Shown here piece after piece: positions 57,601 to 64,000 of a stretch of 64,000 bases of DNA (the first letter of the stretch is position 1; each line of letters opens with the position of its first letter). This DNA is from Candidatus Krumholzibacteriota bacterium. GTDB taxonomy: Bacteria > Krumholzibacteriota > Krumholzibacteriia > JAJRXK01. Under the pieces are notes generated by a model that saw only the letters and a list, made by a program, of their open reading frames with translations, had not been told where the DNA came from and made no database searches. The position numbers and the translations under genes were made by a program. The DNA is taken from positions 32,001-96,000 of the forward strand of contig CAWDWO010000031.1 in the NCBI GenBank assembly GCA_963806035.1, read 5' to 3'.

Positions 57601-58474
57601 ACTGAGCCGCCTCGTCCAGGATGGCCAATCCCAGATTGGCCCGCGCGTGCAGATAGGGATCCGAATACTTCTGGATGACCATCTGATAGTGCTCACGAGC
57701 GGCCTGAGGCGCTTCCCGCGTGCGCAGCAGCTCCGCGGAGCGAAGGAGGCCAAAGGCCCCCACGATCTCGGCCGGATAGCTCGAGTGCACGGCGTCGAAG
57801 TGCGCAATGGCCAGACTATCGTCCCCCGCCTTCTGCGCCAGAACTCCGAGGTCGAAGCGAGCCCGCGCCGCCAGCGGAGGAGCCGCGCGGCCGCCCACCA
57901 GAGCACGGAGCAGACCCTTGGCCTGTTCGTCCTGGTCCTGCGCCATGACCGACTCCGCCAGCCCCAAGCGCGCGGCATCGGCTTGATCGCTGGCGGGAAA
58001 GGAGCTGAGCAGACTGCGATAGGCCTCGGCGGCTTCCTGATCGCGGTGTCCTTCCGCCAGGAGTGCCCCCTTCTCCAGCAGCGCATTGGGAGCTTGAGCT
58101 GAGGAAGGAAAATGCTGCAGGAGCTGGTCGTAAGCCTGAAGGGCTGCGAGCGGCTGACTCAGGTGCCGATAGATGCCCGCCGCCTGCATGAGCGCGGACG
58201 CGGCCCGGGAATCCTCGGGGTAGTTCTTGGCGAACTCGAGCAGTTGGCGCGCCGCCACGTCCTCCATGCCGTCGTCCCGTAGCTTCTTCACGAACTGCCA
58301 ATCGCGATCGGCGTTCAGCGAAGCGGGGCCGGCGGCTTGGGATTGACTGGTACCGTGCGCGGGAGTCGCGCCGATTTGAGCCGGGTCTTGCGCGACCGCG
58401 GCAGAGGCGGAGAGAAACAGGAGCAGCAAGCCGGTAGCCAGACCGGTTGCTCTGATGGACAGGGTCGAAGACAT
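54671..58474 (-). CDS. Very large exported tetratricopeptide-repeat protein (CpoB/BamD-like repeats)
   Basis: GGAGG RBS, signal peptide (ASAAVA-Q), many helix pairs ending in Y/FP.S..A..A across about 1267 aa. Confidence 0.85.
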   Translation of the reverse strand: MSSTLSIRATGLATGLLLLFLSASAAVAQDPAQIGATPAHGTSQSQAAGPASLNADRDWQFVKKLRDDGMEDVAARQLLEFAKNYPEDSRAASALMQAAGIYRHLSQPLAALQAYDQLLQHFPSSAQAPNALLEKGALLAEGHRDQEAAEAYRSLLSSFPASDQADAARLGLAESVMAQDQDEQAKGLLRALVGGRAAPPLAARARFDLGVLAQKAGDDSLAIAHFDAVHSSYPAEIVGAFGLLRSAELLRTREAPQAAREHYQMVIQKYSDPYLHARANLGLAILDEAAQSWKQAAKRYREVADRGGTPEQIQRALLGLGECELRSDNYDSARDAANAYLKKYPDAAGTSHARLILARADARQNKEGAEQELLSLASSPDSTVAYRALSSLATLVESAKQVDQKEHERARLLWQRAASVAPGDSLRSLAWANAAQITSRALARHALAADLYREAAAAQPQSEMQAQYLLSQVRELRAAGQKDEARQVAEGLIRQHPTSEQAADLRLQLELDARRVQKQPDEAVRRLSQLALTPEENESLRRMKVGTVLRDVAGDAAAAAKVFEELSAAASDSLGAARASLELGKCRQQLALQAKLDSATDTSWKEQWSAARKAYARAVELAPSGTTKSAAQTALLKLELSERAQAPAPPLFDAEHTPLLGGYGAQEGLDLGQSAWTALGAKMRLALKQKSANEARVWLLWRAAELSTDLPDSQRIVWLKEGLAQKPEPLRDQTLRYALAWLYHQQDKDELAAAELRRIMDAQDAGNLAAAARYLMAEIQRGQQHYAAAKTLYESYARTFPSSQLGQRSLLLAGDMALYGGDPDAAATLYHALLQRYQDGVYTDDANYRLATAQMRRGRIEDARRRFQALAAQTSNSRYAGRSLLKISQLESSAGHDSLATDALTRLSELDPQLAQKEDVFRRLAELQLERNRPEAALRWLDRFQEDPVTARTLALRIRALAMAAKLKAAAEELKKLSEGYPQAGSLVPQARLDLADAELEQGRADDALELYQMVEKEPVTKELLSRAKYGEGMYMLKAQRFDDASTAFKSAAAAASNSEWSAQALFKVANLAARDGDDEAARKAYQQLVDEYPNHPLKVKAMKGLAMSWRRLERYDKALEVYHSLLEEQADLPDAEQILSNIAYCYHESGRYELSIAAYQRVMPLLSEEDQAYGQFWIADSLEKLRRLDEAAAAYLKIPYLYPKSGQLPVTAQLKAAEVYQKMGELDAATKLYEKVIKQYGPKSQWGAEAVRRLDALQKEAKSSGS

Positions 58475-58494
58475 GAGTCCTCCAGCCAAGCTTC

Positions 58495-59793
58495 TCAGGG
58501 AGAGAGCCGATGAATCTGCCGCGGGAAGGGAATGGTCTCCCGCAAGTGCGGGACGCCCGCGATGTAAGTGACCATGCGCTCCAAACCCAGACCGAATCCG
58601 CCGTGCGGAAAGCTGCCGTAGCGGCGTAGATCGAGGTACCACTCGAACGCGCTTTGGGGAAGGCCGTGGGTCTCGATCTGCCGCAGGAGAAAGTCCAGGT
58701 CGGCGCTTCGCTCTCCTCCGCCGATGATTTCTCCGTAGCCTTCGGGAGCCAAGAGATCCACCGAGAGGGAGAGACGGGGATCGGCCGGGTCCGGCGCCAT
58801 GTAGAACGCCTTGATGGCAGCGGGAAAACGGTGCACGAAGAAGGGCCGATCGTGTTGTTCGGCCAGGTAGGACTCGTCGGGTGCCCCGAAGTCGCCCCCC
58901 CACTCGAATTCGATCCCACCGGCTTGGAGCATTTTCACTGCGTCGTCGTAATGGAGCCTGGGAAACGGGGCCTTCACCGCCTCCAACTTGCTCAGATCGC
59001 GTTCGAGCACATCCGCCAGCAACTCGCCTCTTTCCTCGAGCACTCGTTGTACCACGTAACAGACGAAACGTTCCTCGAGTTCCATCACTTCGTCCAGCCG
59101 GGCAAAGGCGATCTCGGGTTCGACCATCCAGAATTCGGTCAAATGGCGCCGGGTCTTGCTGCGCTCGGCCCGGAAGGTGGGACCGAAGCAATAGGCTTTG
59201 CCGAAAGCGGCCGCAGCCGCCTCCATGTAGAGCTGTCCGCTTTGGGTGAGATAGGCCTTGTCACCGAAGTACTCGGTCTCGAAGAGCGTGCTCGTTCCCT
59301 CACAGGCGTTCGGCGTGAAGATCGGCGCATCGATGAGAGTGAAACCCTCTCCATCGAAGAAATCCCGAATCGCGGTGATCACACTGTGACGCACCTTCAT
59401 GAGCGCATGCTGCTTCTTGCTGCGCAACCAGAGATGCCGATGATCCATGAGGAACGAGGTGCCGTGTTCCTTGGGTGTAATCGGATAGTTCTCGCTCGCT
59501 CCGATGATTTTCAATGAACTCAATTGCATCTCGAAGCCGCCCGGAGCGCGCTCATCGGCAGTGACCGTTCCCTCGATCTCGACCGCCGTTTCCTGACTGA
59601 GATTCAACGCCGTCTCGAAGAGTTCCGCGGGCAGATCCGCCTTGGCTGCCACCACCTGGAGAAGTCCGGTGCCATCGCGCAGGACGATGAACACCAACTT
59701 CTTCATGGCTCTGAGGTGATAGATCCAGCCCCTGACGAGGGCGCTCTGGCCCTCACTCTCGGCGATCTCACTGATCCAACGCTGAGCTTGCAT
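58495..59793 (-). CDS. asnS: Asparagine--tRNA ligase
   Basis: [56 protein letters not shown]; start ATG 59793. Confidence 0.96.
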   Translation of the reverse strand: MQAQRWISEIAESEGQSALVRGWIYHLRAMKKLVFIVLRDGTGLLQVVAAKADLPAELFETALNLSQETAVEIEGTVTADERAPGGFEMQLSSLKIIGASENYPITPKEHGTSFLMDHRHLWLRSKKQHALMKVRHSVITAIRDFFDGEGFTLIDAPIFTPNACEGTSTLFETEYFGDKAYLTQSGQLYMEAAAAAFGKAYCFGPTFRAERSKTRRHLTEFWMVEPEIAFARLDEVMELEERFVCYVVQRVLEERGELLADVLERDLSKLEAVKAPFPRLHYDDAVKMLQAGGIEFEWGGDFGAPDESYLAEQHDRPFFVHRFPAAIKAFYMAPDPADPRLSLSVDLLAPEGYGEIIGGGERSADLDFLLRQIETHGLPQSAFEWYLDLRRYGSFPHGGFGLGLERMVTYIAGVPHLRETIPFPRQIHRLSP

Positions 59794-59849
59794 CTGCGTT
59801 TCCTCCCCCGAGTTCTCCGCCGGCCGAGCGCCTCTGCGCGGAACGCAGG

Positions 59850-59878
59850 AGTATAGGACCTCGTCCCGACGGCGACAA
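59850..59878 (-). promoter_or_regulatory. Putative sigma70 promoter for the asnS operon
   Basis: Minus strand TTGTCG-N17-TATACT. Confidence 0.55.
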
Positions 59879-60099
59879 CCGCCCCTCCCGCCCGGCGGCT
59901 CTCGCAGCGCGAATTGCGAGCCTGCCGGCCCCAGCGGCGGCGAATTCGAGCCTCTGGAGCCCCTGGACCCGCCGCGCGGGACGGCACAATCCTTGCGGAG
60001 AAACCGCAGGGTACCCGTGTCAACGAGGATCCCTCGAAAACCACGCAGCCAAGAGGCGCGCACGTGAATCGATCCCTGGGGAGTTTTGGACGTCTGGGA

Positions 60100-61986
60100 A
60101 TGGACCATCGACTGCGAGGGGCGCTCGTCTGCCTTCTCCTGCTCGTGCTGTTCCTTGGCCCTCAGCTGGCGCGGGCGGCGGGCAAAAATTTGCCAGCCAA
60201 AGCGGACTCCTCGGAGGAGACGCAGGACCAACCCGACTGGGTGCCGATCATCCAGGCTTGGGCCCAAAGGCCGATGGAATCGCGTTTGCTGCTGCGCGAG
60301 GGGGACTTGGCGCGCGAGGAGGGCAAGAACTCCGTGGCCGAGGAGAGGCTGGATCGCGCCACCCTGGCCGATGCCAGCAATGCCGGCGCCTGGTTCGCCC
60401 TGGCCCGGGTTCATCTGGCGGATTCCAACCCGGCGTTTCTGACGGACCTTCTGGAAGGCAGCCAGGCCAGTCTGCGCAGCTTCGCGCACCAGAGCCGTTT
60501 GGCGGCCAATCTGCTCTTGAGCACGGATCTCATCCTGGCGGCCAGTTTCCTGTGGATTCTCCTCATCCTGCTTCTGCGCTATCTGCCCTTTCTGCACCAT
60601 CAGATCCGCGGGCTGACCCAGGGACCGGGCCATCTGGAAGGCAGCGGCCTCTTGCTCTGGATCCCGGTGACCGCTCCCCTCCTCTTGTGCCTGGGGGTGG
60701 TGCCCAGCCTCTGTGCGGGCTCGCTCATCGTCTGGCTCTACGGGGGAAGACGAGCACGCGTGGTGGTGACGGTGTTTCTGCTCTTTTTCTCGGCGCAGGG
60801 CTTCCTGGGCGCCTTCTCCACCCCCTTGGTGGGTTTGCGGGAAACCAGCCGCAGCAGTTTGGTCCAGCGCGCGACCCACGAGAGCCCCAGTCCCGCGCTG
60901 CAAAATGACCTGGACCAGGCCCTCACGAAGAATCCCGAGGATGCCGACCTTCTCTTCGCGCGTGGCCTTGTGTACGCGCGTCAGGCGCGATTCGACGAGA
61001 GCGCGCGAGATTTCCAGAAGGTTCTCAAACTGCGTCCCAAAGACCCGATGGCCGTGAACAACCTGGCGAACGATCACTATTTCCGCGGAGACTACGACCG
61101 GGCGGTCGCCGGATACCAACACAGCGCGGCTCTGGATTCACTGCAGGGCTCGACGCATTACAATCTGGCGCAGGCGTACATCAAGAAGCTCTTCTTCAAG
61201 GAGAGCGGAGAGCACATGCAGCTGGCTTCGCGGGCCGGATTCGAGTTGGGAACCGGTGGAGTACGCTTGCCCACTGGTGCGGTGTACTACCAGTCGCCCG
61301 GCAGTTGGGACTCCTGGCTCATGGCCTGGCACGAAAAGAAGACACTTCTGCCTCTGGACTTCTTGGCGCCATGGCGCAAGTGGCTCGGAGTTCCCCCCGA
61401 TCAAATTCACTTCTGGTTGGCCTTGACCCTGGTGCTCAGCCTGCTTCTGATGAAGATCTTCCCGCGCGAGAAACTCGTTTACGAATGCGCGAACTGCGGC
61501 CGCTTGAGCTGCGCTCGCTGCAGTGGAGAACACGAGGGGAACGTGTTCTGCCCGGCCTGTCACGGAACCGCCCGCAGGGCCAGATCCGAAATGGTGCTGA
61601 GCACCTTACTGAGAAATCGTCGCCGGTCGACAGAATTCACCTTCCGCTCCAGGGTACGCCGACTCAACAACTGGTCCATCGGGGCCGGTGAGCTCTACTC
61701 CGGCTTGCGGAAGCGTGGCCTGGTGCTGACGCTCCTGAGCGCCTGGTGCATCTTCGGCATGGTCTTCCCCTCCGGGCTCTTGAACGACCCCTGGCGGCCC
61801 GTCGCCCCACTCCCCCTGCTGGCGTGGCCCAGGCTCCTCGGGGCCGCCGGCCTGCTGCTTCTGTATCTCTACTCCCGTTTCGGCCGCTCGAGCTGGCGCA
61901 GCCGGAGCTTCCACCTTCATCCTGCGAGCATGGTGCGGCTGGCCGATCTCATGGACAGTCGCGGCGAAAAGCAGATGAGAGCCTGA
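60100..61986 (+). CDS. Multi-pass membrane protein with TPR domains and a Cys-rich zinc-finger-like segment
   Basis: Signal peptide, TPR-like helices, TM bundle, TPRs ([33 protein letters not shown]), [17 protein letters not shown], terminal TM helices; start is tentative. Confidence 0.78.
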   Translation: MDHRLRGALVCLLLLVLFLGPQLARAAGKNLPAKADSSEETQDQPDWVPIIQAWAQRPMESRLLLREGDLAREEGKNSVAEERLDRATLADASNAGAWFALARVHLADSNPAFLTDLLEGSQASLRSFAHQSRLAANLLLSTDLILAASFLWILLILLLRYLPFLHHQIRGLTQGPGHLEGSGLLLWIPVTAPLLLCLGVVPSLCAGSLIVWLYGGRRARVVVTVFLLFFSAQGFLGAFSTPLVGLRETSRSSLVQRATHESPSPALQNDLDQALTKNPEDADLLFARGLVYARQARFDESARDFQKVLKLRPKDPMAVNNLANDHYFRGDYDRAVAGYQHSAALDSLQGSTHYNLAQAYIKKLFFKESGEHMQLASRAGFELGTGGVRLPTGAVYYQSPGSWDSWLMAWHEKKTLLPLDFLAPWRKWLGVPPDQIHFWLALTLVLSLLLMKIFPREKLVYECANCGRLSCARCSGEHEGNVFCPACHGTARRARSEMVLSTLLRNRRRSTEFTFRSRVRRLNNWSIGAGELYSGLRKRGLVLTLLSAWCIFGMVFPSGLLNDPWRPVAPLPLLAWPRLLGAAGLLLLYLYSRFGRSSWRSRSFHLHPASMVRLADLMDSRGEKQMRA

Positions 61987-61999
61987 CGAGGTAGGCCCG

Positions 62000-63082
62000 A
62001 TGGCACTGGAAGGCCGTCTCAATGATTTCACGCTGGAAGAGATTCTCCAGCTGATCGCTCTTCAACAGAAGACCGGGGTTTTGACTGTCGAAGCCTCCTA
62101 TCCCATGGTGCTTTATTTCGAGGGCGGGGAGCTCGTCGGCTATCGAGACCGGCGCGGCGCCGCCCCCGATCCGCTCCGGGCCTATCTGAAGAGCTACGGC
62201 TTCTTCACCGCGGAGAACTGGGAACATCTCAAGTTCATCCAAAGCAACAGCGGGCTCGATTTCACCGAGATCATCATCAATGAAGGCCACATGAGCCCGG
62301 AGGAGTTGCTGCGAGTCCAACACGATGTGGCGCAGGAGCACATTTTCAAGGGAATGCTGCTGCGCGACGGCCGCTACCACTTCCAATCCGGCCGCGAGTT
62401 GCTGCATGGGATTCGGGCTCGCGTCCGGGTCAAGGTGGAGGGCCTTCTCATGGAGGCCGCTCGCCGCATCGACGAGATCGCCACCCTCGAAGAGCGCTAT
62501 TTCGATGGCGACGTACGAGTAAAAAGAACGGATAAGAGCACCGAGGGTCTTCCTCTCGGACACCGCCCGCTGAACGTGCTGCAAATCCTCGGCGAGGAAG
62601 CCACCGTAGGATTCGTGGAAGCCCGCGCGAAGATCTCGCACTTCGACGTGTTGCAAACTCTCGAGATGCTGCGCGACCTGGGACTCATCCGAGTGCTCGA
62701 CTTGCCGCAGGCCGCAGTGGACGAGGATGAACTGATCGTCGCGGAAGAAACTACTCGTCGCACTACGCTTTCCTCGGTGGTCCTGGTTCTGCTCTCTCTG
62801 GCGGTGCTCGCCGCGAGCTGGTGGCTCATGCCCATGCGCTCCTACGCGGAACGCAAAACTCCCGCGGTGGAGCGGGAGCAAGCCTTCAGGCAAGACGAAA
62901 TGAAGAGTCGCGTGCAACACGCGCTCGAGCTGTATCACGCGGACAAATCGGAGTACCCCGCGAGCCTCAATGCTCTGAGAAAACCTCTCACGCTCGATCT
63001 CAGCTCGGACCAGCTGGCCCGCTTCCGCTACACGCGTGACGGGGCCGACCACTACCTGCTGGCATTCAAAGACCAAAAATAG
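62000..63082 (+). CDS. DUF4388-domain membrane protein with a C-terminal GspG/pilin-like segment
   Basis: MALEGRLNDFTLEEILQLIALQQKTGVL..LLMEAARRIDE; TM helix; ALELYHADKSEYPASLNAL. Confidence 0.82.
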   Translation: MALEGRLNDFTLEEILQLIALQQKTGVLTVEASYPMVLYFEGGELVGYRDRRGAAPDPLRAYLKSYGFFTAENWEHLKFIQSNSGLDFTEIIINEGHMSPEELLRVQHDVAQEHIFKGMLLRDGRYHFQSGRELLHGIRARVRVKVEGLLMEAARRIDEIATLEERYFDGDVRVKRTDKSTEGLPLGHRPLNVLQILGEEATVGFVEARAKISHFDVLQTLEMLRDLGLIRVLDLPQAAVDEDELIVAEETTRRTTLSSVVLVLLSLAVLAASWWLMPMRSYAERKTPAVEREQAFRQDEMKSRVQHALELYHADKSEYPASLNALRKPLTLDLSSDQLARFRYTRDGADHYLLAFKDQK

Positions 63083-63842
63083 CCGAGGCTCTCTTCAGCT
63101 TGGATCCGAGGCCCGCGTCAGGATTCCCTCGCAGGACGGAATCCAGCGAATCACCGCGCCGCAGGGGAACTCGCTGCAATGCGAAAAGGGGATCGACCTT
63201 CCCGCCCTTTACCGTGCCGAAGGCCAGGGAGAATCCGGCTCTGCGCGCGAGATCGGCCATTCGCTCGTCGGAAAACGGCTCGGGATAGCGGAGGGCGACG
63301 GCCTCTTCGTGGAGTCGCCGCTCCAGCTCCCTGCGCGAGCGTATCAAGTCTCCGAATTCGACTTCAGGGGTCACTTGATGAAGTCCCACCGCCTCGAAGC
63401 CGGCGGACTGCACACGGACGCCCGCTCGCATCACGCTGCGCAGTTGGGACCAGCTGAGATGTCTCGTCTGTTGGCGGAGCGGTCCGAACCCCCGACTCGT
63501 CACCCGTCCGACCAAAGCGATGGGCAAGAAGAGCACCGAGGGGATCTTGCGTTCTTGGAGGATGGGCAGTGTCGAATCGAGAAAATCGACACCATCGTGA
63601 TCGAAGCTGAGGAGAAGCCCGTCCGGCGCGTCGTTCAGGCCCTCCGCCGCGGCCCGAAATTGGTCCAGATCCAGGAAACGCCGCCCTGCAGCCAGCAGAT
63701 CGTCCAGGATCTTTTCCAGGCAGGAGGCGGAGATGCACGAAGAAGCGAGACCGGTGTGCTCCAGCACGCGCGGGCAGGCAATGACGATGGGGATATTCGA
63801 CGGCCTCAGCTCGGCCGCAGTGCGAACCGGATTCGACCTCAT
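63066..63842 (-). CDS. Polysaccharide deacetylase (CE4/NodB)-like protein with degenerate catalytic motifs
   Basis: Fold landmarks LLLSF, LPILQERKIPSVLF, LSWSQLRSV..AG, SRRELERRL, ALRYP, ARRAGF, LQRV. Confidence 0.7.
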   Translation of the reverse strand: MRSNPVRTAAELRPSNIPIVIACPRVLEHTGLASSCISASCLEKILDDLLAAGRRFLDLDQFRAAAEGLNDAPDGLLLSFDHDGVDFLDSTLPILQERKIPSVLFLPIALVGRVTSRGFGPLRQQTRHLSWSQLRSVMRAGVRVQSAGFEAVGLHQVTPEVEFGDLIRSRRELERRLHEEAVALRYPEPFSDERMADLARRAGFSLAFGTVKGGKVDPLFALQRVPLRRGDSLDSVLRGNPDAGLGSKLKRASAIFGL

Positions 63843-63970
63843 CTAGGGAGCCTCGATTTCAACACCGATCAAGAGCCGCTTGCACCCCCCCTCCCCTGGC
63901 AATCGAGAGGTTCGGGCACAGTTCGTGAGTGAGCGGTGACTTGATACGCCCAGGGCATATCTCGTTTTGT

Positions 63971-63999
63971 ATCCTACCACGAATCCCGGCTGCGAGCAA
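63971..63999 (-). promoter_or_regulatory. Putative sigma70 promoter for the deacetylase-like gene
   Basis: Minus strand TTGCTC-N17-TAGGAT with a TGn extended -10. Confidence 0.45.
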
Positions 64000-64000
64000 A

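Noticed and set aside
58475..61122. N-terminal extensions of the TPR ORF (to 59191) and the asnS ORF (to 61122)
   Set aside because: They overlap other real genes; good RBS/ATG starts exist at 58474 and 59793, plus a promoter at 59850-59878.

Overview
High-GC bacterial chromosomal segment, almost all genes on the minus strand. I see no rRNA, CRISPR, integrase or transposase. The PorV/PorQ-family gene, T9SS-like C-terminal domain, GWxTD proteins and ExbB-ExbD-ExbD-TonB suggest an FCB-superphylum-like diderm (inference only). Housekeeping blocks: ffh (partial), rpe-PASTA-rsmB-fmt-def, yajC-tgt-queA-ruvBAC-yebC, an EF-G2 paralog, tRNA-Leu-secG-tpiA-pgk, comF-aroE-rodA-mrdA-mreDCB-radC, aspartokinase, an Opp/Dpp ABC core, a lipoyl ligase with gcvTHPAPB, uvrA and asnS. 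Highlights: (1) a ~16 kb co-oriented envelope locus (TonB-dependent receptor, T9SS-CTD-like cargo, PorV-family barrel, GWxTD, ExbB, two ExbD, TonB, TolC, orphan ABC ATPase, second GWxTD, NlpC/P60) preceded by a ~310-nt highly structured leader; (2) a standalone protamine/histone-H1-like gene with 16 KKKTT(G/A)R-type heptads and its own promoter and terminator; (3) a TPR/membrane/Zn-finger plus DUF4388/pilin-like gene pair; (4) a probable catalytically dead polysaccharide deacetylase. All calls come from motif recognition by eye; no database searches were run.
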